From: an uncultured bacterium
Lineage (GTDB): Bacteria; Patescibacteriota; Patescibacteriia; UBA9570; XYC2-FULL-38-9
Direction of reading: 5' to 3'
Length of the DNA stretch: 64,000 nucleotides
Assembly: GCA_937996685.1 (NCBI GenBank)
Contig: CALKUP010000001.1
Coordinates: 117,571 to 181,570 of the forward strand
Shown here: positions 1 to 10,779 of the stretch, one piece after another
Numbering within the stretch: position 1 is the first letter of the stretch
Layout: each line of letters starts with the position of its first letter
Translations under genes and position numbers: made by a program
Notes under the pieces: generated by a model
Databases searched by the model: none
What the model saw: only the letters and a program-made list of their open reading frames with translations
What the model was told of the DNA's origin: nothing

Positions 1-2
1 TT

Positions 3-455
3 TTGCCTGCACTGGCCGGCCTCCTGAATGTCGAATGTCAGCGAGTGCCGGCAAGGACTGCGTCGTCGCTGCGCTTCGTGATCGACTTTGACTACGCTGT
101 CACGGCCGGTGAGATCAACCGTGTTTTCGCGGATTTCGCGCAACATAACCCGGACTTGATGCACTTCGAACCGATCCCTGACGATCCTCAAGACAAGTCG
201 CTGTGGAGGCACAGTGGTCACTGCGTCGATCAGCGGTTCTGCGTCTACGTCGACGGACGTTTGACGCAGGTGATACGCCAGGGCAAGAGCGTGGTTGTTA
301 CGGCCTTTTATGACAACCGCGTGGGCTATACGTGGCAGGCGCTCCGCGTCGCCGACTTCTGGGCGGGCAAGCGGCTGGAGCTGGAGGGGCGTGGACTCGC
401 TCTCGAAGAGGTCGGACAGACCTACCCCAGTGCTCGTTCTCAACAACGAGAATAG
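3..455 (+). CDS. Divergent GAPDH-like protein, C-terminal part (5'-truncated by window edge); GC-rich islet A
   Basis: LPALAGLLNVECQRVP...VTAGEINRVF...VVVTAFYDNRVGY parallels GAPDH LPELxGKLxGxAxRVP...VTxEEVN...VKVxAWYDNExGY. Confidence 0.65.
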   Translation: MPALAGLLNVECQRVPARTASSLRFVIDFDYAVTAGEINRVFADFAQHNPDLMHFEPIPDDPQDKSLWRHSGHCVDQRFCVYVDGRLTQVIRQGKSVVVTAFYDNRVGYTWQALRVADFWAGKRLELEGRGLALEEVGQTYPSARSQQRE

Positions 456-482
456 TCACTGCTTCTCAACGAACCGTACCCT

Positions 483-559
483 CTCGGAGGCGATAGACAT
501 GCAACACACAGGTATCAACCCTGTACACATGTTAATCGCTTTCGAGACGCTTTTCATTG
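483..559 (+). repeat. 77-nt structured repeat, copy 1, downstream of islet A
   Basis: Matches 1097-1173 except at 2 positions; folds as CTCGGAGGCGAT/ATCGCTTTCGAG, GACATG/CATGTT, ACAGG/CCTGT. Confidence 0.95.
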
Positions 560-693
560 TGAATAATCATTGATTGTTCATAGCGAATAGTGAAATGGTC
601 TCTATATAATGAACACAATGAGGCTGAATATATTGCCTTGTTTATATTAACAAAACACTGTATGTTTTTTATAGATTGTACCTTGGAGGTAGC

Positions 694-1074
694 GTGAAGC
701 AACCGACTGTGGATGAGTGCCAGTGGGCAATCCGGATGTTCAGCTGTAAGGAGTCTGATCGCTCGAAGCAGAAATGGCAGGAGCTCTTCCGCTGGTTCGA
801 GGAGGTGACGGATCAGTACAGGGGAGATCAAGAAATGGCCGAATGGGGGGAAAGGATCGCACGGTCCCTCCATCTGGAAGAAGGCCTGACTGAGCACCGC
901 CTCTGGCTCAAGATCTGTCAGGTGCTGTTGGCTAGAGCTGAAGAGTACTGGAAGGCTTTTGATGAAGCTAACCAGGCGTATCGGGGTAGTCCGCGGCGAA
1001 GGCTCCGGGATCAGTTGGGTCCCGGAGGTCGGGTCCTCCGACTGAATCAGATGTGGGAGCTGCTTAACAGGTAA
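694..1074 (+). CDS. Hypothetical helical protein; GC-rich islet B
   Basis: ORF 676..1074; GTG at 694 preceded by GGAGG (685-689); GC-rich codons. Confidence 0.7.
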   Translation: MKQPTVDECQWAIRMFSCKESDRSKQKWQELFRWFEEVTDQYRGDQEMAEWGERIARSLHLEEGLTEHRLWLKICQVLLARAEEYWKAFDEANQAYRGSPRRRLRDQLGPGGRVLRLNQMWELLNR

Positions 1075-1096
1075 AAGATACGCAGCAACACGTCCC

Positions 1097-1173
1097 CTCG
1101 GAGGCGATAGACATGCAATACACAGGCATCAACCCTGTACACATGTTAATCGCTTTCGAGACGCTTTTCATTG
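1097..1173 (+). repeat. 77-nt structured repeat, copy 2, downstream of islet B
   Basis: Near-identical to 483-559; starts 23 nt after the stop codon. Confidence 0.95.
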
Positions 1174-1216
1174 CGGATAATGCTGTATTATCCTTAGTGA
1201 AATGCGAATAGATGAC

Positions 1217-1372
1217 TTGTCCCCAGGATGTGCATAACAATGGGGATAACGTGTAAAAAAGGTGGAGAAGAAGGCAGTGTGATTTATACACAAAGGATAA
1301 AAAAGTGACTAAAATCAGCTCTTTTTACAGATATTGACAAATTTTGTAGTTATGCATTGACAGTTATGCACA
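1217..1372. promoter_or_regulatory. DnaA-box cluster (oriC candidate or DnaA-regulated promoter)
   Basis: TTGTCCCCA 1217, TGTGCATAA 1229, TGGGGATAA 1241, GGTGGAGAA 1261, TTATACACA 1284, TTATGCACA 1364 versus TTATNCACA. Confidence 0.65.
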
Positions 1373-1385
1373 AAATGCGTATAAT
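1357..1385 (+). promoter_or_regulatory. Consensus sigma70 promoter of rpoBC
   Basis: TTGACA (1357-1362) N17 TATAAT (1380-1385). Confidence 0.85.
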
Positions 1386-1686
1386 CATTGAGATATTCAT
1401 GAATTTGAGCCAGAGTGTCTTGTACCGGTTTTTATCCGTCTGTCGAACGATATTTTCCTAGAAATAGTGAAAAACGTTCGAAAAAACACAATTTTCGTGA
1501 CACACGTCATTTCATAATACAACTGCACAATGAACCGAATCTTTCACAATACGAAAGATCCGGATTTTTGTGTTCTGCGCTGATTTTCGCAGAAAAAGCA
1601 GTATCATGAATAGATGTGTGCGGCGAAAAATAGTCCGTAGGGAAGTGCCTACAATTATATAACTAATTTTTTAAGGTTTACGCTCT

Positions 1687-4600
1687 ATGCCCAAACAAGC
1701 GCAATCACCTGCCACAACAGTGGCACACACTGACCCGGTAACCGGTCGTCTGTACTTTACTGATCCAAGTGAAGCAACAGAAATGCCAAATCTGATTGAA
1801 TCCCAAAAGGCTTCATATGATTGGTTTTTGGAAAAAGGTCTTCGTGAGTTATTTGATGAAGTAACACCAATCACTGATTTTTCTGATCGTGATTTAGAGT
1901 TGCATTTCATGGACTATTATCTTGATGAGCCACGATTTGACGAAGTAACAGCAAAAGCGAAGAATTTGACGTTTGAAGCAGCGCTTCGTGTCAACACAAA
2001 GCTCGTCAACAAGCGATCAAATGAAATTAAAGAACAAGAAGTCTTTTTGGGCGACTTTCCATTGATGACTGATCGCGGAACGTTCATTATTAATGGTATT
2101 GAACGTGTTGTTGTTTCACAGCTCATCCGTTCAGCTGGTGTGTTTTTCACTTCAAATTTCTTGAAAGGAAACTTTTACTACGGTGCAAAAATTATTCCAA
2201 ACCGTGGTGCGTGGCTTGAAGTTGAAACAAATCATGACAATGTGATCTATGTAAAAGTAGACCGTAAACGGAAAGTAGCGATTACTGCATTGTTACGTGC
2301 TTTTGGGTACAGCACAGATGAAGAAATCATGGAATTGTTCAAAGATGTTGATACAAATCCAAACAATCAATACATTGCTGCGACATTAGAAAAAGATATT
2401 TCAAAAAACGAAGCAGAAGGTTTGAAAGAAGTGTACAAACGTATTCGTCCAGGTGATCTCGCGACAGTTGATAACGCTCGTTCATTAATTCACGCAATGT
2501 TCTTCAACTTCGATCGTTATGATTTTGGTCGCGTTGGTCGATACAAATTGAACAAACGTTTTGGATTTGATGATGTAGAAAATATTCCAGATAACCGTGT
2601 ATTGCGTCGTGAAGACATTGTTGCAATCATTTCTGAAATCATTCGTTTGAACAATAGCCAAGAACAACCAGATGATATTGACCATCTTGGAAATCGCCGT
2701 ATTCGTGCCGTTGGTGAATTAGTACAAAACAAATTCCGCATTGGACTTTCACGTATGGAACGCATTGTGAAAGATCGTATGTCAACGAAAGATGTTGAAA
2801 CACTCACTCCTGGTGTGTTGATTAACGCTCGTCCAGTCATTGGTGCAGTGAAAGAATTTTTCATGAGTTCACAGCTCTCACAATTCATGGACCAAACAAA
2901 TCCACTGGCAGAACTTGAACATAAACGTCGTTTGAATGCGATGGGTCCGGGCGGTCTATCTCGTGAACGCGCAGGTTTTGAAGTTCGTGATGTACATCGT
3001 ACTCATTATGGTCGTATTTGTCCGATTGCGACTCCTGAAGGTCCAAATATTGGTCTCGTTGGTCACATGAGTTCATTTGCGCGTATTAATGATTTCGGTT
3101 TCCTCGAAACTCCATTCCGCAAAGTCGTCAAAGAAAAAGATGGTCGGATGCGAGTGACTGATGAAATTGTCTATCTTGATTCATTCGAAGAAGAAAAAAG
3201 TACAACAACAGCTGCAACAACACAGATTGATGCTGATGGGTATTTCCTCGTTGAAAAAGCGGAAGTGCGTCACCACATGCAACCGACAATTATGGATGTC
3301 ACAGAAATTGAATACATGGACGTGTCTCCAAAACAAATCATTTCTATCTCAACAGCCTTGATTCCATTCTTGGAACATAATGATGCGGTTCGTGCATTGA
3401 TGGGTACAAACATGCAACGCCAAGCAGTTCCAACCATTAAACCACAAGCACCGATCGTCGGAACAGGCGTTGAACTTCGTGCGGCAAAAGATTCTGGACA
3501 AGTAGCGGTTGCAACCGAAGATGGTGTTGTTGAACACGTTCAAGCGAATAAAGTCACAATCAAAGAAAAATCTGGTGGATACAAAGAATACCATTTGAAA
3601 TCATTCCAACGTTCAAATGCGTCAACATCGATTAACCAAAAACCAATTGTGTCTGTTGGTCAAAAGATCAAAAAAGGTGACATCTTAGCAGACGGTGCGT
3701 CAACCCAAGGCGGTGAGCTCGCGATTGGTCAAAACGTTGTCGTGGCATATATGCCATGGGAAGGGGGTAACTATGAAGATGCGATTTTGCTTTCTGAACG
3801 GTTAGTACAAAATGATCGCTACACATCAATTCATATCGAGGATTACACAATCGATGTGCGTGATACAAAGCTTGGGCCTGAGGTGATCACTCGTGATATC
3901 CCAAATGTGTCTGAAGATAAATTGAAGAACTTGGATGAAAACGGCATTATCCGAATCGGCGCGCAAGTTGGTAGTGGTGACATCTTGGTTGGAAAAATTA
4001 CTCCAAAAGGTGAAACAGAATTGTCAGCAGAAGAAAAATTATTGCGTGCGATTTTCGGTGATAAAGCCAAAGATGTAAAAGATAGTTCATTGTATCTATC
4101 ACATGGTGAACACGGAAAGGTTGTTGATGTAAAAATCTTCAGTAAAGAAAAAGGTGATAAATTGCCAGCTGGTGTGACACAAAGTATTCAAATCAGTATT
4201 GCACAACTGCGTAAAATCCAAGTTGGTGACAAAATGGCTGGACGTCATGGAAACAAAGGTGTTATCTCACGTATTGTTCCAGTTGAAGACATGCCATATC
4301 TCGCTGACGGAACACCAGTTGATATCATTTTGAACCCACTCGGTGTCGTGTCTCGTATGAACTTGGGTCAAATTTTGGAAGCCCATCTCGGTCTTGCGGC
4401 TCGTAGTCTCGGTTACACTGTTGCAACACCGCCATTTGCCGGCATTCCAGCAGAAGTGATTCGTGATGAATTAGAAAAAGCTGGTTTCCCACGTGAAGGT
4501 CGAATCCCTCTACATGATGGTCGTACTGGTGAAAAGTTTGATCAACTCGTGATGTGTGGTGTGTCATACATGTTGAAATTGAATCACATGGTTGAAGACA

Positions 4601-5049
4601 AGATCCATCAACGTTCAATTGGGCCATACAGTCTTGTGACACAACAACCTCTCGGTGGTAAAGCACAATTTGGTGGACAACGTTTCGGAGAAATGGAAGT
4701 GTGGGCGTTGCAAGCATATGGCGCGGCATACACATTGCAAGAAATGTTGACAATTAAATCCGATGATGTTCCAGGTCGTTCAAAAGCATACGAAAGTATC
4801 ATTAAGAGCGAGCCGATCCGAATGCAAAATGTTCCAGAATCATTCAATGTCTTAGTTCGAGAATTGAAAGGCCTCGCCCTTGATGTCGAATTATTGAATG
4901 ATGACGGCGAAGCAATTGATGACCTTGAAGACAAGCCGAAATATGTTGCGCCACCGGAAGCAGCGAACGAATATTCTGAAGATGAAGGTATCATCAAAGT
5001 TGATCGGGACGCTGATATCGATGAGCCCGCTGAAGACGACTTGAAATAA
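1687..5049 (+). CDS. rpoB: RNA polymerase beta subunit
   Basis: [40 protein letters not shown]. Confidence 0.99.
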   Translation: MPKQAQSPATTVAHTDPVTGRLYFTDPSEATEMPNLIESQKASYDWFLEKGLRELFDEVTPITDFSDRDLELHFMDYYLDEPRFDEVTAKAKNLTFEAALRVNTKLVNKRSNEIKEQEVFLGDFPLMTDRGTFIINGIERVVVSQLIRSAGVFFTSNFLKGNFYYGAKIIPNRGAWLEVETNHDNVIYVKVDRKRKVAITALLRAFGYSTDEEIMELFKDVDTNPNNQYIAATLEKDISKNEAEGLKEVYKRIRPGDLATVDNARSLIHAMFFNFDRYDFGRVGRYKLNKRFGFDDVENIPDNRVLRREDIVAIISEIIRLNNSQEQPDDIDHLGNRRIRAVGELVQNKFRIGLSRMERIVKDRMSTKDVETLTPGVLINARPVIGAVKEFFMSSQLSQFMDQTNPLAELEHKRRLNAMGPGGLSRERAGFEVRDVHRTHYGRICPIATPEGPNIGLVGHMSSFARINDFGFLETPFRKVVKEKDGRMRVTDEIVYLDSFEEEKSTTTAATTQIDADGYFLVEKAEVRHHMQPTIMDVTEIEYMDVSPKQIISISTALIPFLEHNDAVRALMGTNMQRQAVPTIKPQAPIVGTGVELRAAKDSGQVAVATEDGVVEHVQANKVTIKEKSGGYKEYHLKSFQRSNASTSINQKPIVSVGQKIKKGDILADGASTQGGELAIGQNVVVAYMPWEGGNYEDAILLSERLVQNDRYTSIHIEDYTIDVRDTKLGPEVITRDIPNVSEDKLKNLDENGIIRIGAQVGSGDILVGKITPKGETELSAEEKLLRAIFGDKAKDVKDSSLYLSHGEHGKVVDVKIFSKEKGDKLPAGVTQSIQISIAQLRKIQVGDKMAGRHGNKGVISRIVPVEDMPYLADGTPVDIILNPLGVVSRMNLGQILEAHLGLAARSLGYTVATPPFAGIPAEVIRDELEKAGFPREGRIPLHDGRTGEKFDQLVMCGVSYMLKLNHMVEDKIHQRSIGPYSLVTQQPLGGKAQFGGQRFGEMEVWALQAYGAAYTLQEMLTIKSDDVPGRSKAYESIIKSEPIRMQNVPESFNVLVRELKGLALDVELLNDDGEAIDDLEDKPKYVAPPEAANEYSEDEGIIKVDRDADIDEPAEDDLK

Positions 5050-5075
5050 TCAATTGAATTTAAGAAAATACGCCT

Positions 5076-8000
5076 ATGTCATTTTACGAAAATACAACTC
5101 GCGTCGCTGATTTTTCTGCCATTCGATTGAAACTCGCGTCGCCAGAAGAAATCCGTAGTTGGTCCCACGGGGAAGTGATTCGTCCGGAAACAATTAACTA
5201 CCGAACGCAAAAACCAGAAAAAGATGGTTTGTTCTGTGAAAAGATTTTTGGTCCGTCAAAGGATTGGGAATGTTATTGTGGAAAATACAAACGGATTCGT
5301 TATAAAGGAATCGTTTGTGATAAGTGTCATGTTGAAGTGACACGTGCTGTTGTGCGTCGTGAACGCATGGGGCACATTAACCTTGCAGCTCCAGTATCAC
5401 ACATCTGGTTCTTGCGTGGCGTGCCAAGTAAAATCGGTTTGTTGTTGAACTTGTCAGCTCAAGCGTTAGAAAAAGTTGTGTACTTTGCAAACTTTATCGT
5501 GACTGATGTCAACGAAGAATTGCGAACACAAACATTGGAACAAGTAGAACAAGAACTTGATCAAAAGAAAAAGCAGATCAAAGCAGACGCAACAGCAAAA
5601 GTTGCTGAAGTGAAAAAACGTCGTGAAGTTGCGACAAAAACTGCCGGCGGTAAATTGTCTGCAAAAGAAGATCAAGCGTTTGAACAAGAATTGGTCAATC
5701 TGTCTGTCATGCGTGACGAACAATTGAAAGATTTGGATGACGCTGCATCTGTTGCAACCAAAGAATTGCGCACATTGATGGTGCATCAAATTTTGTCTGA
5801 AAGTGAATACTACGACATGTCATTGAAATACGGTCACGTGTTCGATGCTGGTATTGGTGCAGAAGCAGTGAAAACATTGCTTGAGCGTATTGATTTGGCA
5901 GAAATGCAAACAGCGCTTGAAGCAGAGTTACTCACAGCAACAAAGAACCAATCAAGTCGTGTGTTGCGTCGTTTGAAATTAACAAAGAACTTGATCAAAA
6001 ACAGTTTGCGTCCTGAATGGATGATCATGGATGTGATTCCAGTGATCCCACCAGACATTCGTCCAATGGTGCAATTGGATGGTGGTCGTTTCGCTGCATC
6101 TGATTTGAACGATCTCTATCGTCGTGTGATTAACCGTAACAACCGTTTGAAACGTTTGAAAGAATTGAATGCACCAGAAGTGATTCAACGAAATGAAAAA
6201 CGTATGTTGCAAGAAGCGGTTGATGCATTGATTGATAACTCTGCGCGTCACGGAAAAACTGTGACATCTTCAACTGGTCAAAAACGCCAATTGAAATCAA
6301 TGGCTGACATGTTGAAAGGGAAACAAGGTCGTTTCCGTCAAAACTTGCTCGGTAAACGTGTTGATTATTCTGGTCGTTCAGTTATCGTCGTCGGTCCACA
6401 TTTGAAACTCTACCAATGTGGTTTACCAAAACGTATGGCGCTTGAATTGTTCAAATCATTCGTGATTGCGAAATTGATTGAACGCGAATATGTCTACAAC
6501 GTTCGTAGTGCAAACCGCTTCATCGAATCAGATCGTCCAGAAGTGTGGGACATTCTCGAAGAGGTGACAATGGACGCAACTGTTCTCTTGAACCGTGCTC
6601 CAACCCTCCATCGTCTTGGTATTCAAGCTTTCCAACCAATCTTGATTGAAGGTAAAGCGATCCAAGTGCATCCACTCGTCTGTCCAGCGTTTAATGCTGA
6701 CTTTGATGGTGACCAAATGGCTGTTCACGTTCCTCTTTCAACAGAGGCTCGTCAAGAAGCAAAAGATTTGATGCTCGCGTCACATAACTTGCTCAAACCA
6801 GCAACTGGTGAACCGATTGTGACCCCATCACAAGACATTGTCCTTGGTTCATATTACCTCACAGTCATGCGCGACAAAGAAGAGGATGACAAACGTCATC
6901 TTGCATTCGCGTCTATCGAAGAAGCATTATTTGCACAACAAGTTGGTCGTATCCATTTGCAAGATCCTATTACTGTAAAAATGGACGGCGCTATTGTTCA
7001 AACAACAGCTGGTCGTATTATTTTCAACAGTATCTTGCCTGAAGTGCAACGCTTCATGAATACGGTTGTTGATAAAAAAGTTTTGAAAGACATCATTGCT
7101 GAATGTTTAGCAGTGTCTGGTCCTGATACAACAGTGAAATTGTTGGATGATGTAAAAGATGTTGCGATTGAATACATTACAAAATCTGGTATCTCATGGG
7201 GTATGGATGACGTGATGGTTCCAGAAGCAAAAGCTGGTTTGATTCACGCTGCAAATGTGAAAGTTGAAGAAATTCAACACAACTACATGATGGGTCTTCT
7301 CACTGAAGAAGAACGTCGTGCGAAAGTTGTTGAAGTATGGACACAAACAAAAGAAGTGATCACTGACGAAGTGCAAAAAACATTGCCAGTGAAAGGCTCA
7401 GTGTTTGCCATGATTGACTCTGGTGCTCGTGGTTCATGGGGTCAAACAACTCAGATGATGGGTATGAAAGGTCTCGTGATTAACCCGTCTGGTGAAACAA
7501 TCGAATTGCCAGTCAAGGCGTCCTTTAAAGAAGGGTTCGATGTATTGGAATACTTTATTTCAACGCATGGTGCTCGTAAAGGTTTAACTGATACCGCGCT
7601 TCGTACGGCGAATGCTGGATACCTGACTCGTCGTTTGGTTGATGTTGCCCAAGATGTTGTTGTTGCAACAGAAGATTGTGGAACAGAACACGGCTTCGAA
7701 ATCACACAAACAGAATCTGAAGCAATGAACGAAACATTGCAAAATCGTTTGTGGGGTCGTATGCTCGCGAAAGATCTTCTTGATACAAAAGGTAAAATTG
7801 TCTTTGTAAAAGGAACCTTGATCCAAGCAGCTGAAATGGAAGTGTTGAAAAAAGCTGATATCGAAACAGCGGTGATCCGTTCAGTTCTCGCGTGTCGCCA
7901 AGACCGTGGTGTGTGTCAGTTCTGTTATGGTTTCGATCTATCAAACAATCGACTTGCTGAACTTGGAACAGCTGCCGGTGTTATGGCCGCGCAATCCATT

Positions 8001-8990
8001 GGTGAACCTGGAACACAGCTGACGATGCGTACCTTCCATACTGGTGGTGTTGCAGGAGCTGATATTACACAAGGTTTGCCTCGTGTTGAAGAATTGTTTG
8101 AAGCCCGTCAATTGAAACGCTCAGCAATTGTTGCCGATGTTGATGGTCAAGTACGAGATATCGTGAAAGAAAACGGACAATACATCATCAATGTTGCATA
8201 CACTGCAGATGTTGAAGAAAAATATACCGTCAAAAAAGCAGACAAATTACACATTGCTGATGGCGATGCAGTGAAAAAAGGCCAAGCGTTGTTTGATAAC
8301 GCAGATGGTACAGTGAAAGCTCGTATTGCTGGTAAAGTGAAGATTGATAAAACAAAAATCTCACTCTACGGTTCAGAAGAAAAAATCCGTGAATACCCAG
8401 TTGTTCCAGGATATAGTGTGTGGGTTGCGGCTGGTGAAACAATTGTTGCTGGTCAACAGTTAACAGAAGGTTCTCTCGACTTATATGAATTGCAAGCGTT
8501 GCAAGGCATCGAAGCTGTACAAAAATACATCATTAAAGAAATTCAATATGTATACAGCTCTCAAGGTCAAAACTTGAATGACAAGCATATTGAGGTGATT
8601 ATCCGCCAAATGCTTGCTCGTTTCAAAGTCTTGGATCCAAAGGGAACTGACCTCGTGACTGGAGATGTTGTGTCTCGTGCAGCACTTGGAACAGCAAATG
8701 TTGAAGCTGGTAAAGGAAAAGAAGCGCTTGTAGAACCAGTATTACTCGGTATTACAAAAGCATCTTTGACAGTCGATTCATTCTTGTCAGCAGCGTCTTT
8801 CCAAGAAACAGCGCGTATCTTAATTGATGCAGCGGTTTCCGGAAAAGTTGATAACCTCAGAGGTTTGAAAGAAAACGTTATTATCGGAAAATTGATCCCA
8901 GTTGGAACAGGTTTCCGTGCGCGTTTGAAAGATGCTGAAGCAGCAGAAGCTGCTGCAAAAGCAAGTGAAACAGAAGAAGTTGCGTCGTAA
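5076..8990 (+). CDS. rpoC: RNA polymerase beta' subunit
   Basis: NADFDGDQMAVH catalytic motif, N-terminal zinc finger, GEPGTQLTMRTFH. Confidence 0.99.
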   Translation: MSFYENTTRVADFSAIRLKLASPEEIRSWSHGEVIRPETINYRTQKPEKDGLFCEKIFGPSKDWECYCGKYKRIRYKGIVCDKCHVEVTRAVVRRERMGHINLAAPVSHIWFLRGVPSKIGLLLNLSAQALEKVVYFANFIVTDVNEELRTQTLEQVEQELDQKKKQIKADATAKVAEVKKRREVATKTAGGKLSAKEDQAFEQELVNLSVMRDEQLKDLDDAASVATKELRTLMVHQILSESEYYDMSLKYGHVFDAGIGAEAVKTLLERIDLAEMQTALEAELLTATKNQSSRVLRRLKLTKNLIKNSLRPEWMIMDVIPVIPPDIRPMVQLDGGRFAASDLNDLYRRVINRNNRLKRLKELNAPEVIQRNEKRMLQEAVDALIDNSARHGKTVTSSTGQKRQLKSMADMLKGKQGRFRQNLLGKRVDYSGRSVIVVGPHLKLYQCGLPKRMALELFKSFVIAKLIEREYVYNVRSANRFIESDRPEVWDILEEVTMDATVLLNRAPTLHRLGIQAFQPILIEGKAIQVHPLVCPAFNADFDGDQMAVHVPLSTEARQEAKDLMLASHNLLKPATGEPIVTPSQDIVLGSYYLTVMRDKEEDDKRHLAFASIEEALFAQQVGRIHLQDPITVKMDGAIVQTTAGRIIFNSILPEVQRFMNTVVDKKVLKDIIAECLAVSGPDTTVKLLDDVKDVAIEYITKSGISWGMDDVMVPEAKAGLIHAANVKVEEIQHNYMMGLLTEEERRAKVVEVWTQTKEVITDEVQKTLPVKGSVFAMIDSGARGSWGQTTQMMGMKGLVINPSGETIELPVKASFKEGFDVLEYFISTHGARKGLTDTALRTANAGYLTRRLVDVAQDVVVATEDCGTEHGFEITQTESEAMNETLQNRLWGRMLAKDLLDTKGKIVFVKGTLIQAAEMEVLKKADIETAVIRSVLACRQDRGVCQFCYGFDLSNNRLAELGTAAGVMAAQSIGEPGTQLTMRTFHTGGVAGADITQGLPRVEELFEARQLKRSAIVADVDGQVRDIVKENGQYIINVAYTADVEEKYTVKKADKLHIADGDAVKKGQALFDNADGTVKARIAGKVKIDKTKISLYGSEEKIREYPVVPGYSVWVAAGETIVAGQQLTEGSLDLYELQALQGIEAVQKYIIKEIQYVYSSQGQNLNDKHIEVIIRQMLARFKVLDPKGTDLVTGDVVSRAALGTANVEAGKGKEALVEPVLLGITKASLTVDSFLSAASFQETARILIDAAVSGKVDNLRGLKENVIIGKLIPVGTGFRARLKDAEAAEAAAKASETEEVAS

Positions 8991-9008
8991 TTGATTGCGA
9001 TACAACAG

Positions 9009-9040
9009 AAAAAAAGCCAGGGTATGTCCCTGGTTTTTTT
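9009..9040 (+). terminator. Intrinsic terminator after rpoC
   Basis: GCCAGGG-loop-CCCTGGT flanked by A and T tracts. Confidence 0.85.
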
Positions 9041-9107
9041 GTATTCAAACAACAAACTGGACAAACGCGATATTTTTTGCTATAATGTATTTATAAATTG
9101 CAATTCC

Positions 9108-10769
9108 ATGAGCATTCCAGCACAACAATCCGAATCACTGGTTTCTGAACTACAAAGCGTGCTTGCAAAAATTATTGCGGAAACAAATGGTATCGCCTTG
9201 CGCAGTACCCTTGATTTATTGCAACAATCACCGGTTGATGCATTTTCTTCCGATGCGCACCGTGCAATTGATGAGTTTTCTAAACTTCTAACAGCATTTC
9301 AAATTCGCCACGTTCCTATTGAGCAAGTCCTTGAGCATCCGTTTGCAGAGGCGTTATTTAATTATTTTCACGATTTCGGACTGCATTTTCAAGAGCACCA
9401 CACGCATTTGACCGGCGCGCTTGATGAGTCATTTGTGTTTCCGCGATTGCAAGAGGCGCTTGCAGGGCCGCACGGCGCGCAAATTGCCGAGCAAATTCGA
9501 GAAGTGTACGGCATTGATGCGAGTACATTGAAGACACCAGAAGATATCAGCGCGCTGATTCGATTGCGTGATGATGAGTCAGACCAGCCATTTGTGCAGT
9601 ATTTGCGAAAAATGTTGCTCACAAAAGTGGTGCTGACAACCAAGCAAGCGCATCACGACGCGGCATATCATATGGCAGAGAGGTTGTGGAATGAAGCCAA
9701 TGTTGGGTTTATTCGTTTGAAATGGTCATTTTCTCGCGCAAACTCCACTGGAGCTGCTGAGGAAATTCCTGGAATGGAGCATTTATCGTCTGAAGATATT
9801 ACCGTTGCGCTGTATGAAGGTTTCCGTGATTTTCAATCCAAGCATCCAGGCTTTTCATTTGAACTCGCGCCATCGTTTCGTAAAGAATTAGATTACTTTG
9901 ATACAAGTCGTTTTCAAGACAAGCAAGAAGATATCAATAATCAGGTGAATGAAATTTTAGCGATTATTGATCGTCATCCAGAGCTTGCTGCGGTGATGAC
10001 GTCGGTTGATACGGTTGGAAATGAAATGCATTTTTATAGCAAAGAAAATTACATGGCATTTAAGGCGGCATTTCGAAAATTGCAATTTCGTGGTTTTAAA
10101 ATCCGTAGTCATCACGGCGAAACATGGTACACATTGCGTCGCGGTATCCAATCAGTTGATAATGCGCTCAATATTTGGTCTATTGATGCGGTGGAACATG
10201 GCGTTGCGCTTGGGATTAACCCGAATTATTATTTTCATCGCTTATTTCAAGAAGCGCTTGAATATAACGTTCAACAAAAACCAATCGCTGAAGGAACGAG
10301 TTTGTGGCGTGAATTGTCTGACATGGATTGGCGCTCAGACGGCCATGTACTGACAAAATTATTACAAGGTGACCTATTGTCAGACGAAGATCGTACTGCA
10401 TTTATTAAAACAAAGTTTCACACATCCCGGGAAGTCGAGCGGTATCAACATGATATTTTAAATCGGATGATTGATACTGGGGTTGAATTAGTGTCGCTGC
10501 CATCATCAAACTATAAACTGACAACCCAATTTGGTGATTATAAAGAACATCCATTTTCTTGGTGGGAGAAAAAAGGCATGGAATTGAGTATCGGAACAGA
10601 TAATTATGTCTTGCTCAATTCAAATATTATTCGTGAAATGTTGATTTTATTATTTACTGATCCGGAAGGATTGAAGCTGACAAAATTGCTCATGGTTGCA
10701 ACTGGTGAGCACCGTCGTCCCTATATGAGTAGTGTTTTGTGGGACATGCGTCGCGATAAAGGGATTTAA
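9108..10769 (+). CDS. Adenosine/AMP deaminase-family amidohydrolase
   Basis: HTHL, HHGE, VEHG, LPSSN and GTDN motifs in ADA order; start set at ATG 9108 after TGGACA-N17-TATAAT (9058-9086). Confidence 0.8.
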   Translation: MSIPAQQSESLVSELQSVLAKIIAETNGIALRSTLDLLQQSPVDAFSSDAHRAIDEFSKLLTAFQIRHVPIEQVLEHPFAEALFNYFHDFGLHFQEHHTHLTGALDESFVFPRLQEALAGPHGAQIAEQIREVYGIDASTLKTPEDISALIRLRDDESDQPFVQYLRKMLLTKVVLTTKQAHHDAAYHMAERLWNEANVGFIRLKWSFSRANSTGAAEEIPGMEHLSSEDITVALYEGFRDFQSKHPGFSFELAPSFRKELDYFDTSRFQDKQEDINNQVNEILAIIDRHPELAAVMTSVDTVGNEMHFYSKENYMAFKAAFRKLQFRGFKIRSHHGETWYTLRRGIQSVDNALNIWSIDAVEHGVALGINPNYYFHRLFQEALEYNVQQKPIAEGTSLWRELSDMDWRSDGHVLTKLLQGDLLSDEDRTAFIKTKFHTSREVERYQHDILNRMIDTGVELVSLPSSNYKLTTQFGDYKEHPFSWWEKKGMELSIGTDNYVLLNSNIIREMLILLFTDPEGLKLTKLLMVATGEHRRPYMSSVLWDMRRDKGI

Positions 10770-10779
10770 TACAATTGCC

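Noticed and set aside
483-1173. Repeat as integron attC sites or a CRISPR array
   Set aside because: No paired RYYYAAC/GTTRRRY ends bounding both copies and no integrase in the window; only two 77-nt copies separated by a gene and no cas genes. An integrase beyond the left edge cannot be excluded.
8991-9107. ORF-track N-terminal extensions (8991, 10732, 13383, 37537, 40490, 43569, 51964, 53966)
   Set aside because: They run through terminators, promoters, leaders or upstream genes; downstream ATGs fit better.
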